This document shows, one piece after another, positions 37,853 through 47,364 of a stretch of DNA of 51,482 nt; the first letter of the stretch is position 1; every line of letters begins with the position of its first letter. Below the pieces are notes generated by a model that was not told where the DNA came from, searched no databases, and was given only the letters and a program-made list of their open reading frames with translations. Source of the DNA: Synergistaceae bacterium (GTDB lineage: Bacteria > Synergistota > Synergistia > Synergistales > Synergistaceae); the NCBI GenBank assembly GCA_036803565.1, contig DAIRUD010000001.1, forward strand, positions 1 through 51,482. The letters run 5' to 3'. The translations under genes were made by a program, and so were the position numbers.

Positions 37853-39888
37853 TCGAAGAGTTCCTTTCCGCCGATCCTCCAGAGCGGCCTCCCGATATAA
37901 TCGATCGCCAGGAGCGCCAGCAGGCCCACGACGATGCCCAGCCACCAACCGTTGACGACCCGCACCACGGTCAACGGCAGCAGCGTGTGGAAGTGGCAGA
38001 AGGTGTTGACGGCCGAGGCAAAGGCCAGGCTCGCGCCGACCCGCAGGACTTCGCGATAGCGCGCCGCCCAGTCCCGGCGTACGAATGCATAGTAGAGAAT
38101 GAGGCAGGGGTAGCCCACGAGAAATTCCTTCGTCCGAGGGCGGACCCAGAGCAGGCGCTCCAACATATCGCGGAAACGGACCTCCCAACCTGGGACGAAG
38201 GAAACGTTGCCGCTGCGCACGGTGAGCAGCAGAGCGCCCAGCATCAGAATGCCGAGGAGAAACAGCTCCCCCCACACCGGCGGGCGCTGCACGATTGCCG
38301 CCAAAGATTCCGGATGCACGCGCCGCTTCAGGTCGTACGCCAAAACCAGCAGCGGCGGCAGCAGCAGCGTCAGCTTCACGCCGGAGAAGGGAGAGAGACG
38401 AAGCATGGCGACGGTCGTCCCGTAAAACGCCGCGATCGTCAGGCCGCCGGCTACGACGATCCCCAGCCCGGCAAGCAGTCCGCGCAGGGGCTTGCGATAG
38501 CGGTCCAACGCGAATATCGTCGCCTCCGCGGCGACAAAGGCGGCGGAGAAACCGCCGAGCAGCCGCGAAACGGAGGATATCCTCCACACGGCGAACCCGA
38601 GCAGAAAGACTCCCGCGAGGAACACGACGCACGCTTCACGCGCAACGCCCTCGTCCCGCCGTCCGAAGTAGCGCAACAGGTAGGAGAAGACGCACAGGAG
38701 AAAGACGGCGGAAAGAGCCCAAGCGGAGAAAAGGTTCGCGCGGAAGAGCGGGATCGGCTGCGGCCATCCGATCCCGTATCCCCTGCTGCGCAGGGCGTCG
38801 CGGATCGCCTCCGTATCCTCCTTGAAGGGCTCGTAACGCCCGACGCTGTAAAGTTCGTAAGGGCGCAGCAGAATCAGCCGTATCGAGCGCTCGTGCACCG
38901 CGCGCACCATGCGCTCGACGATCTGCCCCCGGCTCATCCTGCGAGAGATCAACTCCTCGCGGACGAGGCTGTGCAGCGGCAGAAGATCCGGCACCATGGC
39001 GGAATACAGTTGAGAGGCTCCGATCTGCCGGACGAATTCCGCCTGGGCGACGGTGATCCCCTTTTCCTTCAACACCTCGGCCGTCGGAGAAAGGTTCGGG
39101 TAGCCCGCGACAATCTGTCCGGCCGGGACGATGGAGGCAATGAACGGGTAGCGCTCCTTCAGCCAGCGAATGCCGCGCGCCACGGCCTCGCCGTCCAGCC
39201 CGACGGCCGGGTAGGGGCGATAGAGCGTTTGCGCGGAAACGCCCCGGGCGAAGTCGAGCGCGGCGAAGTCCGGGAGCAGCCCGGCGTCGGCTAGCTCGTC
39301 GACCGGCGCGGGAAGGACGATCAACGTCTGGTTGCCCATCGTCCGTTTCGCCGATTTCGGCATGCGGAGGGAGAGATATTCCTCCACCAGCCGGAACAAC
39401 TCCGATTTATTGTCGATCAGGATCGTGCCCCTGTCCAGCGGCACGCTCAGCCCCGCATAGTACGTCGGGCCAAGGGATGCGAGCGATCCGTAAGTGAGGG
39501 GCAGCGCCCCTCCCGACAAATCCTTCCCGGTCAGCTCCGGCGCGGTAATACCCACGACGCCGCGTTCGGCCAGCTCCCGATAGACCGCATCGGGCTCCAG
39601 GCCGGCTTCGCGGGCGAGGGAGAGGACATCGCGATACTCGACGACGATCGCGACCGAGCGGTGCGTCCACTCCACACCGGCACGCCGTACGAGGGCGGGC
39701 ACGGACAGCAAAAGCGCCAACAACAAAACGGCCCAGAAGAAACGATCCGCGGGGATCGTCCACCTCCCGGCCCGATCGGCATCGGGGGTTTGCGTTTTCC
39801 CGCGCGGGTGCCCCTCTCGTTCCGCCGGGATCCCCTCCTCCTCCTCAGCCCGTCTGCGCAGCTCTTCTTCATCCCAGATTCTGGGCAT
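37849..39888 (-). CDS. large polytopic membrane protein coupled to csaB (DUF5693-like by recollection)
   Basis: 679 aa. One N-terminal TM helix, a soluble domain of about 330 aa, then about 10 TM helices. No catalytic motif recognised. Start overlaps the maf 3-prime end by 20 nt and the stop overlaps the csaB start. Confidence 0.7.
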   Translation of the reverse strand: MPRIWDEEELRRRAEEEEGIPAEREGHPRGKTQTPDADRAGRWTIPADRFFWAVLLLALLLSVPALVRRAGVEWTHRSVAIVVEYRDVLSLAREAGLEPDAVYRELAERGVVGITAPELTGKDLSGGALPLTYGSLASLGPTYYAGLSVPLDRGTILIDNKSELFRLVEEYLSLRMPKSAKRTMGNQTLIVLPAPVDELADAGLLPDFAALDFARGVSAQTLYRPYPAVGLDGEAVARGIRWLKERYPFIASIVPAGQIVAGYPNLSPTAEVLKEKGITVAQAEFVRQIGASQLYSAMVPDLLPLHSLVREELISRRMSRGQIVERMVRAVHERSIRLILLRPYELYSVGRYEPFKEDTEAIRDALRSRGYGIGWPQPIPLFRANLFSAWALSAVFLLCVFSYLLRYFGRRDEGVAREACVVFLAGVFLLGFAVWRISSVSRLLGGFSAAFVAAEATIFALDRYRKPLRGLLAGLGIVVAGGLTIAAFYGTTVAMLRLSPFSGVKLTLLLPPLLVLAYDLKRRVHPESLAAIVQRPPVWGELFLLGILMLGALLLTVRSGNVSFVPGWEVRFRDMLERLLWVRPRTKEFLVGYPCLILYYAFVRRDWAARYREVLRVGASLAFASAVNTFCHFHTLLPLTVVRVVNGWWLGIVVGLLALLAIDYIGRPLWRIGGKELFD

Positions 39889-40498
39889 CGGCCTTCATCT
39901 CCCATCCTCCATAACTTATCCCATAGATCCGTTTCAGCATCCCGCACAGTCGATATACGGGCAGCCCGACCACATTGTAGTAACATCCTTCGATCCGGCG
40001 CACGAGGGCGGCCCCCAGGCCCTGTATGGCGTAGGCCCCGGCCTTGTCGTCCCCCTCGCCCGAGGCGACGAAGCGCATGATTTCCTCCTCGCGCAGCGCG
40101 CCGAACCAGACCGTCGTCGTCTCCACACCGCGATCCAACAGAAGGCCGTCGCGCGCGACTGCCACGCCGGTGTGCACGAGGTGCGCCCGGTCGTTCAGCA
40201 GGCGCAGCATGCGGCAGGCGTCGTCGCGGTCGCGAGGTTTGCCCAGCGCCAGGCCGTCGACGTCGACGACGGTATCCGCGCCGATCGTCACCGCTCCCGC
40301 GGTCGAGCGCGAAGCGGCCGTCGCCTTGGCACAGGCGAGCCTGCCCGCCGTGTCCGCCGGGACTTCGCCCGCCAGGACCGCTTCGTCGACATCGGGAACG
40401 CATGTACCAAACGCCCAACCGAGATCGGACAGAATCTGTCGCCTTCTCGGGCTGGCCGACGCGAGGACCAGCTTCGCTTTCGTGTCGATGCCGCTCAT
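39869..40498 (-). CDS. maf: Maf-family nucleoside triphosphate pyrophosphatase (septum formation protein)
   Basis: From ATG 40498. LVLASASPRRRQIL, IGADTVV, GKP and KAGAYAIQG motifs. Confidence 0.9.
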   Translation of the reverse strand: MSGIDTKAKLVLASASPRRRQILSDLGWAFGTCVPDVDEAVLAGEVPADTAGRLACAKATAASRSTAGAVTIGADTVVDVDGLALGKPRDRDDACRMLRLLNDRAHLVHTGVAVARDGLLLDRGVETTTVWFGALREEEIMRFVASGEGDDKAGAYAIQGLGAALVRRIEGCYYNVVGLPVYRLCGMLKRIYGISYGGWEMKADAQNLG

Positions 40499-40749
40499 CG
40501 CGCTACGAAGAACCCCGCGATACACCCCAGGAAGGTCCCGAGATTCACGCGCAGCGAAAACTGAAAGCCGAAACGCAACGCGATCAGGTCCACCTGGGAA
40601 ATCGCGATGGAGATCTTTTCGAAATCGCGGAAAAAGGACGCCGTCGGCGCAAATCGCTGCAAAAAAATACCGAGGAGCGTCCCCAACACCGCACAAAACA
40701 GCACGACGGACCAGCGACGGGAGCGTGGTGCGGACATGGGAAACACCAC
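40495..40749 (-). CDS. small membrane protein (DUF4321-like by recollection)
   Basis: 84 aa, GTG start after GGGAGGTGAGGGA. Two hydrophobic segments. Sits upstream of maf. Family assignment is from memory only. Confidence 0.5.
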   Translation of the reverse strand: MVFPMSAPRSRRWSVVLFCAVLGTLLGIFLQRFAPTASFFRDFEKISIAISQVDLIALRFGFQFSLRVNLGTFLGCIAGFFVAR

Positions 40750-40753
40750 TCCC

Positions 40754-41560
40754 TCACCTCCCTACGAACGCCAGCGACAACGCCCCTCCGCCGAGAAGGG
40801 CGCAATACAGGGAGAAAAACCACCATTTGTCGCTGGTGACGAGTTTTCGCAACAGGGCCAAGGAGAGCAGGCCGGAGGCGAACGCCAGCACCGCGCCGCC
40901 GAACCACCCCTTGGGAAGCGCGAGGCAAAACTCTCCGACGCCCCCCAGATCTCCCGCCTCGTAAAGCGTCGCGCCGAGGATCGCCGGGACCGACAGCAGA
41001 AAGGAGAAGCGAAACGCCTCCTCCCGGGAGACGCCGGCGATCAGCGCCGCCCAGATGGTCGATCCGGAGCGCGATATCCCGGGGAACACCGCCAGCCCCT
41101 GGACGAGCCCCACCCAACAGCCGTCGCGGATGGTCAAATCCCTCGCCCCGACGCGGAGGCGCCGCGAGGAGAGCAACAGCAGCGCGGTGACCAGGAAATT
41201 CCCCCCCAGCCACAATAGATTTGCCGACGCGGCCTCGGCAAAAGATTTGAGCAAAATGCCGAGCGGTCCGGTGATCAACGTCCCCGCGATCACCGCCCAC
41301 CCAAAGGCCCATCCCCTCCGCGTACGCGCGTCGCGGTCGCGGAATCCGCAAACCCATTCCTTCAACAATACCGCGATGTCCCCGGCGAAGTACAGAAAGA
41401 CCGCGCACAAAGTGGCCATGTGCAGTGTCAGGTCGAAGGCCAGGGAAGGCTCTTCGACGCCGAGGAATACGCGCGCCAGCGCGAGGTGACCGGAACTGCT
41501 GACCGGCAGGAATTCCGTAAGACCCTGCAACAGGCCCATCCACAGAGTGTCCGACGTCAT
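40754..41560 (-). CDS. uppP: undecaprenyl-diphosphate phosphatase
   Basis: From ATG 41560 (ATGA overlap with the upstream stop). LQGLTEFLPVSSSGHL and PGISRSGST motifs. Confidence 0.92.
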   Translation of the reverse strand: MTSDTLWMGLLQGLTEFLPVSSSGHLALARVFLGVEEPSLAFDLTLHMATLCAVFLYFAGDIAVLLKEWVCGFRDRDARTRRGWAFGWAVIAGTLITGPLGILLKSFAEAASANLLWLGGNFLVTALLLLSSRRLRVGARDLTIRDGCWVGLVQGLAVFPGISRSGSTIWAALIAGVSREEAFRFSFLLSVPAILGATLYEAGDLGGVGEFCLALPKGWFGGAVLAFASGLLSLALLRKLVTSDKWWFFSLYCALLGGGALSLAFVGR

Positions 41561-43191
41561 TTGTGCCCTTTCTGATGACTGTGTAGTTTTTGAATGTCCT
41601 TCACGATATATGCGAGGTTGTGCGCGTGGTCCCCGACTCGCTCCAGGTTGCTCAGCACGTCGATGAACGCGATACCCGCGCTCGCTTGGCACTTCCCGCT
41701 GTTGAGACGTTCGATATGCCGCGCGCGCAACAACCTCTCCATCTGGTCGATCTTCGGTTCGAGCGACAGCACCTCGTCCGCGAGCGCCACGTTTTCCGTC
41801 TCCAGAGCCAGGATGCTTTTCTCCACGGCCTCCAGCACCAGGTCGAACATCTCACGGCACTCCGTCATCGCCTTGTTGGAGAATTTTAGCTTTTTTTCGT
41901 GCATGTACTGGGCCATCTCCAGCAGGTTTTCCGCGTGGTCGCCCATGCGCTCGATATCGCTGGCGCCGCTCACGCACGAATTCAAAAGCAGGGCAAGCTC
42001 GGCGGCCAAGCCCTTTTGGCCGAGTTGCGTGGCGTAATTGATGATCTCGTGCGTGAGGTCGTTGATCGCCTTTTCCATCATGACCGCGTCGGGAATGCGC
42101 TTCGGCTTCTTCTCGAGAATGACGGTGTGGCATTCCCGCAACATGCCCAGGGCGATGTTGCCGAGCCGGACCATTTCCTTCCGGACCGCGTCCACCCCGG
42201 CGGCGGGGGAAACGGCGATCAGGTGCGCGTCGAGGTATTTCGCCCCCTGATCCTGCATGACGGCCGTTTTATCGTCGGGGACCAATCTGCGGATGAAGGC
42301 CGTGTATGGGCGGATGAACGGGAGGAAGATCATGGTGTTCAGAATGTTGAACATGCTGTGCGAATTCGCCACCTGCCGGGCGATTTCGGAGGAGGTCAGC
42401 GCCACCAGCGCGGTGAAGGGTTTCAACAAGGCCATCATGATGAGCGCGCCGATCACGTTGAACATAACGTGCGCGGTCGCCGCCTGTTTCGCGGCGCGAT
42501 TGCCGCCGAGCGAGGCGAGCACGGCGGTGATCGTCGTCCCGATGTTGTCGCCCAGAATCATGGCGACCGCCGCCGGCAGATCGACCAGCCCCTGCGTGGC
42601 CATCGCCATCGTCAACGCGACGGTCGCCGCGCTGGCCTGCACCAGCATCGTCACCGCCGCGCCCATGACGAGTCCCATCAGGGGGTTGTTGTTGACCACA
42701 TAGAAGAGGTCCTGCCTCCCCTGCAGGAAGGACATCGCCTCCTGCATCATTCCCATCCCGACGAACAGCAGGGCGAACCCCACGAGGCCGAAACCCATCT
42801 GGCGCTGCCTGGCGTTTTTCGCCGTGATCGTCAGCACCGCCCCGACGATCGCGGCGATGATGGAATACTTGCTGATGCTGAAGGCGATCAGCTGCGCGGT
42901 GATCGTCGTCCCGATGTTCGCGCCCATGACGACGCTGAACCCCTGCGCCAGGTTCATCAGGCCGACGTGTACGAAGCTCACGACCATAACCGTCGTGGCG
43001 CTGCTGCTCTGGATGATCATCGTGACGACGGCCCCGACGGCGACGCCCCGCACCGGCGTTCCCGTGAGCGAAGCGATGAGCCGCCGGAGATTGTCCCCCG
43101 CGAGATCCTGGAGCGCGTCGCCCATCGTCTTGATGCCGTAGATGAGAAGCGCGACACCGCCCAAGAGCTTCAGGATGTCCTGTAACGACAT
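41557..43191 (-). CDS. Na+/phosphate cotransporter family protein with C-terminal PhoU-like repeats
   Basis: ATG 43191 preceded by AAGGGTGGG (the ORF extends to GTG 43203). Duplicated Na_Pi_cotrans repeats (QSSSATT.., GANIGTT / GDNIGTT), then two PhoU-like helical repeats. Confidence 0.9.
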   Translation of the reverse strand: MSLQDILKLLGGVALLIYGIKTMGDALQDLAGDNLRRLIASLTGTPVRGVAVGAVVTMIIQSSSATTVMVVSFVHVGLMNLAQGFSVVMGANIGTTITAQLIAFSISKYSIIAAIVGAVLTITAKNARQRQMGFGLVGFALLFVGMGMMQEAMSFLQGRQDLFYVVNNNPLMGLVMGAAVTMLVQASAATVALTMAMATQGLVDLPAAVAMILGDNIGTTITAVLASLGGNRAAKQAATAHVMFNVIGALIMMALLKPFTALVALTSSEIARQVANSHSMFNILNTMIFLPFIRPYTAFIRRLVPDDKTAVMQDQGAKYLDAHLIAVSPAAGVDAVRKEMVRLGNIALGMLRECHTVILEKKPKRIPDAVMMEKAINDLTHEIINYATQLGQKGLAAELALLLNSCVSGASDIERMGDHAENLLEMAQYMHEKKLKFSNKAMTECREMFDLVLEAVEKSILALETENVALADEVLSLEPKIDQMERLLRARHIERLNSGKCQASAGIAFIDVLSNLERVGDHAHNLAYIVKDIQKLHSHQKGHK

Positions 43192-43248
43192 GAGTTCGCC
43201 CACCCTTTTTTAAAGGAGATATAAGCGGCCGTCCTGCGTCGGCGTCCG

Positions 43249-45057
43249 TTATGCCGCCGGCTTTCGCGGGCTCCTGGCCCGGCGCCGCGGCTTGGCCGTC
43301 TTGGCGGCAGGTGCGGTTTCGCCCGCGGGCTCGCCGCCCAACACCGTAACGAGCGGAATAATCGAAGGATACGCGCGAAAATTACGGGTCAGCACGTCCC
43401 GGATGCGTTTGCGGATCTCCGTCTGGATCGACGTTTTTTCGACCGCGCCGGAACGCACGGCCTCCAGGGCTTTGTCCACGGCTTTCTCGACATCCGGCCC
43501 CATGTTCTCCCGGTCCAGCCCGAAGATGCTCCCCCGGCTGTCCGCCTGGACGGGCGCGAGGAGGCGATACTCTTTATCCACTACAACGGAAAGCGTCACG
43601 AGGCCGCTCTCCGAAAGCTCCTTGCGCTCGCGCAGCAGGCTTCCCTCGAACTCGCCGAGCATCATCCCGTCCACCAACACCGCGCCGGAGTGCACGCGGT
43701 TTCCCAGTTTCGCCGTCTTGCCGTCCGCTTCGATCTCCAGCACGTCCCCGTTCTGCATGACGAAGACGTTTTTCGCCGCGATCCCCATCTCCCGCGCCAG
43801 CTGCCCGTGCCGCACCAAGTGCCGATACTCGCCGTGGCAGGGCGCGAAATATTTCGGGTGAACGAGGCTGAGGAGGATCTTCTGCTCCTCGCGCGAGGCG
43901 TGTCCGGAGACGTGGATGTCGCTGCCGCGCTCGTAAATCACCTCGCAGCCGCACGCGAAAAGTCGGTTGACGGTATTGCTGACGAGTTTTTCGTTGCCGG
44001 GAATGGGGGTGGCGGAGATAACGACAAGATCCTTCGCTCCGAGCCGAATCTGGCGGTGTTCGCTTTTGCTCATCAATACAAGCCCGGAAAAAGGTTCCCC
44101 CTGGCTGCCGGTCGTCAGCACGACCGTGCGGTTCGGGGCCAGCTGCTCCGCCTCCTGGGAGGTGATGAGCAGGCCGTCCGGAACCTCGACATAGCCCAGC
44201 TTCATGGCCAGCTCGACATACGCGAGCATACTGCGCCCCATCAGGACGACTTTACGGTTGAAGCGGGCCGCGATCGTGATGACCTGCTGCGCCCGGTAGA
44301 GGTTGCTGGCGAAGGCCGCGATGACGATCCGCCGGTCCTTGTGGGTGCGGAAAATTTCCTCGAACGTGTGGGCCACGACGGACTCGGAGGCCGTAAAACC
44401 GGGGCGTTCGCTGTTCGTCGAGTCCGACATGAGGAGCAGTACACCCTCCTCGCCCAGCTTGGCCAGCGCGGCGAGGTCGGTGCCCTTGCCCCCGATCGGC
44501 GTCATGTCCAGTTTGAAGTCGCCGCTGTGCAGGATGGTGCCGACCGGCGTGCGCACGCTGATCGCCAGCGAGTCGGGAATGGAGTGGCTGACGTTGAGAA
44601 AACCGATTTCGAAACACCCCGCCCGAACCGTGTCCCCGGCCTGTATCTTGTTGTACTTCGGGCGATAGGAGGCGCGCGCGTCCAGCATCTTGTTTTCGAC
44701 CAGCGCAAGCGTCAGCGGCGTGCCGTAGATCGGCGCGTCGATGCGAGGCAGAATCAAGGGGATGGCGCCGATATGGTCCTCATGCCCGTGTGTCAGAAAA
44801 AGCCCCCGGATCTTCTCCTTGTTCTCCAGCAGATACTGCACGTCCGGTATGACGAAATCGATCCCGAGCATCTCCTCCTCGGGAAATTTCAGGCCGCAAT
44901 CGATGAGAATGATATCCTCGCCGTATTCGATGGCCGTGATGTTCTTTCCGATTTCTCCCATTCCCCCGAAGGGGATCACGCGCAAAGCCGATTTGTTCTT
45001 TTCGTTGCTTTTGCCGACCGCCGGTCGGCCCGACCGCCTTCTTCTCGTGGTCGTCAT
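43249..45057 (-). CDS. rnj: ribonuclease J
   Basis: 602 aa. Beta-lactamase/beta-CASP core: IPFGGMGEIGKN, THGHEDHIGA, SDSTN, HVSGHA. Basic N- and C-terminal extensions. Confidence 0.93.
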   Translation of the reverse strand: MTTTRRRRSGRPAVGKSNEKNKSALRVIPFGGMGEIGKNITAIEYGEDIILIDCGLKFPEEEMLGIDFVIPDVQYLLENKEKIRGLFLTHGHEDHIGAIPLILPRIDAPIYGTPLTLALVENKMLDARASYRPKYNKIQAGDTVRAGCFEIGFLNVSHSIPDSLAISVRTPVGTILHSGDFKLDMTPIGGKGTDLAALAKLGEEGVLLLMSDSTNSERPGFTASESVVAHTFEEIFRTHKDRRIVIAAFASNLYRAQQVITIAARFNRKVVLMGRSMLAYVELAMKLGYVEVPDGLLITSQEAEQLAPNRTVVLTTGSQGEPFSGLVLMSKSEHRQIRLGAKDLVVISATPIPGNEKLVSNTVNRLFACGCEVIYERGSDIHVSGHASREEQKILLSLVHPKYFAPCHGEYRHLVRHGQLAREMGIAAKNVFVMQNGDVLEIEADGKTAKLGNRVHSGAVLVDGMMLGEFEGSLLRERKELSESGLVTLSVVVDKEYRLLAPVQADSRGSIFGLDRENMGPDVEKAVDKALEAVRSGAVEKTSIQTEIRKRIRDVLTRNFRAYPSIIPLVTVLGGEPAGETAPAAKTAKPRRRARSPRKPAA

Positions 45058-45132
45058 TTATACGATTCTCTCGTCGACGGATTTGTCCATGTCTTCCTTT
45101 TTTCCCTTCGCTCTTCCCCTGAAATTGCCGAC

Positions 45133-46065
45133 CTAACGGACGACGATATCATCGATGTCGATGCGGTGACGCTGCAAACCGTTCTCCAGCATAAACTCCT
45201 GCGTACGCTTGAGTTCGGCGATGTCGTCGTCCCCGATCTCCGGTGAAAAATCATACCACGAAATCATCGCCTCCACGGCGTCCTTCGTCAATTTCGTCTC
45301 CGCCGCCGCCATGTCGACGGCCGCCGCCCGGTTCTCCCCGATCCGCTCCAGCGCCGCGCCGTGCATCTTCAAGAAGCGGCCGATCACCTCCGGCTCCCTG
45401 TCCATGAACGTTTTGGTGGTCGCGATGACGGTGGTGGCGTCCACCAAGCCGACGCCGTCGAGCAGGGTCCTCGCACCCGCCTGCGATGCCCGGTAGGCGT
45501 CCGCGCCGGCCAGCAGCGCGGCGTCGATGCTCCCGTTGGACAAGGCCGCCGCCGCGGCGGGAATCCCCATGTTGATGAACTCGTAATCCGACGGCTTCAT
45601 GCCCGCGCGCACGGTCGCGGCCGCCAACAGTTGATGGAGGATCGTTCCCTTGGGTCCGCCGATCTTCCGCCCTTTCAGGTCCTCGGCGCTGCGGATGTCG
45701 GGATTCGTCGTCATGATCATAAACGCCCTCGGCGCACGCGAGTAGATCCCTACGATGCGGATGTCGAGCCCCTCGGAGGCCGCCAGGATCGCCGACGTCG
45801 CCCCCAGGCAATGGGCGATATCGACCTCCCCCGCGGCCATGGCGGCGGTCTGTTTGGGGCCGGCGTTCAGGTCGGGCAGAAGGATCTCCGTGCCGGGAAA
45901 CGCGTTCTGGAAAAGCCCCTCGTTCTTCTCGACGATCGTCGGAACGTTCAGGGGAGACGCGACGTAAGTGATGGAAAGACGTGCGGGCGCAGCCTCGGAG
46001 GGCGTCCAGGCGAAAAACAGGCAGACCGCCGCCAATGCCGCCAAACAGCGCGGCCTCTTGCTCAT
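45133..46065 (-). CDS. ABC-type periplasmic substrate-binding protein (NMT1/SsuA/TauA-like)
   Basis: From ATG 46065. Signal peptide MSKRPRCLAALAAVCLFFAWTPSEA, and overall NMT1-like pattern (GEVDIAH, LKGRKIGGPKGT, GSIDAAL). No permease or ATPase gene is adjacent. Confidence 0.75.
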   Translation of the reverse strand: MSKRPRCLAALAAVCLFFAWTPSEAAPARLSITYVASPLNVPTIVEKNEGLFQNAFPGTEILLPDLNAGPKQTAAMAAGEVDIAHCLGATSAILAASEGLDIRIVGIYSRAPRAFMIMTTNPDIRSAEDLKGRKIGGPKGTILHQLLAAATVRAGMKPSDYEFINMGIPAAAAALSNGSIDAALLAGADAYRASQAGARTLLDGVGLVDATTVIATTKTFMDREPEVIGRFLKMHGAALERIGENRAAAVDMAAAETKLTKDAVEAMISWYDFSPEIGDDDIAELKRTQEFMLENGLQRHRIDIDDIVVR

Positions 46066-46124
46066 GATCTTCCAAACGTTCACTGTCCTCACCCTTTCGT
46101 GCGAATTTCCCGTCGAAAAACGAG

Positions 46125-46619
46125 CTATCTCTTATATCCGATCACGTTGCGGAGCAGATTTTTCCGCCACGCCTCGCCGTCGGCGTCCTCGACTCCTACG
46201 GGAGAGCCGCCGTCGATCACGCCGACGATCCCCCGTCCCTGCGCGCTCTCGGCGACGACGATCTGCAGCGGGTTCGCGGTCGCCGCGAAAATGCCGCACA
46301 CCTCCTGCACCGCCTTGATCCGGCCCAGGACGTTGATCGGGTAGCCGTTTTTGATCATCACCACGAAGCAATGCCCGGCGCCGATCTCCAGCGCGTTGCG
46401 CACGGCGCAGGCGACGAGCGCCTCGTCGTTGCCGTCCCGCCGGACCAGGCGTTCGACCGACGCCTCGCAAAAGGCGATGCCGAACAAAAGCGAGGGGGAG
46501 GACGTCACGAGGGCCTCGAAGATATCCTCGACCGTCTTGATGAAGTGGCTCTGTCCCACGATGATGTTGCAGTCCTCCGGTATCTCCATCGTCGCCAGTC
46601 CCAGTTTCAACGCTTCCAT
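46125..46619 (-). CDS. adenosine-specific kinase family protein (Adenosine_kin, PF04008-like)
   Basis: From ATG 46619. IIVGQSHFIKTVEDIFEAL, FGIAFCEAS, GAGHCFV, YPINVL, ATANPLQIVVAE..QGRGIVGVIDG closely follow the family consensus as I recall it. Confidence 0.8.
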   Translation of the reverse strand: MEALKLGLATMEIPEDCNIIVGQSHFIKTVEDIFEALVTSSPSLLFGIAFCEASVERLVRRDGNDEALVACAVRNALEIGAGHCFVVMIKNGYPINVLGRIKAVQEVCGIFAATANPLQIVVAESAQGRGIVGVIDGGSPVGVEDADGEAWRKNLLRNVIGYKR

Positions 46620-46681
46620 CCCGACACCTCCGGCCTCTCGGGCCCATTCGTGATATCGCAACGCCGCCCATATCCTAACAT

Positions 46682-46731
46682 AAAAACGCCCCGCCAGACA
46701 GGCGGAAGGTCCGCTGTCGACGGGGCGTTTT
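46682..46731 (-). terminator. long hairpin terminator downstream of skp (potentially bidirectional)
   Basis: AAAACGCCCCG...CGGGGCGUUUU outer stem with an inner GACAG(G)CGG/CCGCUGUC stem. The minus-strand RNA is followed by UUUUUAUGUU. Confidence 0.65.
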
Positions 46732-46752
46732 GCGATGCTGCCGCTCGGGACG

Positions 46753-47205
46753 TTACGATTTCCCGCCCGAACTGCTCAGTTTCAGCTCCTGCACGACATC
46801 GTCCGTAATGTCGATGCCGCCGTAGAAGAGCGCGGACTTATCCACCACGACCGTCACGCTCTTCGCCTGCGCCACCTTGCGCACGGCTTTGTCGATCTCC
46901 TCGAAAAGGGGGCGCATCAGCTTCTGCTCCTCCTCCGCGATTTCCAAGCGCATTTTCTGGAAGAGCTCCGCCTTCTTGTTATTGTCGGTCTCCTTGTCGA
47001 TCGCGACCTTGGCGTCGTTCTGCTTCTTCTCCGCGATGTTCTTAATCTGTTGCAACGTCTGCTCGTACTTCGGATGCTGGAACAGCACCTTCTGCGGATC
47101 TATTCCGGCGACGCGCTCCTCTGCCGCGACTGCCGCGCCCGCGGTGAGAATCCCGACCAAAATCGCGAGAAACAGGACTCCCACAACTCTCCGATTGTTG
47201 AACAT
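46753..47205 (-). CDS. skp: OmpH/Skp-family periplasmic chaperone
   Basis: 150 aa. Signal/TM segment, then a Lys/Glu/Gln-rich helical region, with IDKAVRKVAQAKSVTVVVDKSALFYGGIDITDDV typical of the Skp C-terminus. AGAGGAGGT Shine-Dalgarno. Confidence 0.85.
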   Translation of the reverse strand: MFNNRRVVGVLFLAILVGILTAGAAVAAEERVAGIDPQKVLFQHPKYEQTLQQIKNIAEKKQNDAKVAIDKETDNNKKAELFQKMRLEIAEEEQKLMRPLFEEIDKAVRKVAQAKSVTVVVDKSALFYGGIDITDDVVQELKLSSSGGKS

Positions 47206-47364
47206 TCTTCATTGACCTCCTCTAAAGATTCCGTCATGCCTACGCATGCATCCATATTCATCGGATCAGATCGTTTTTATCAGGTAATTTTACTCGCCTT
47301 TCACCACCCTGTCCAAGTATAATTGCGTACTGCCGGGATTGAGCACCCGTCGGGAGGGATCGCC

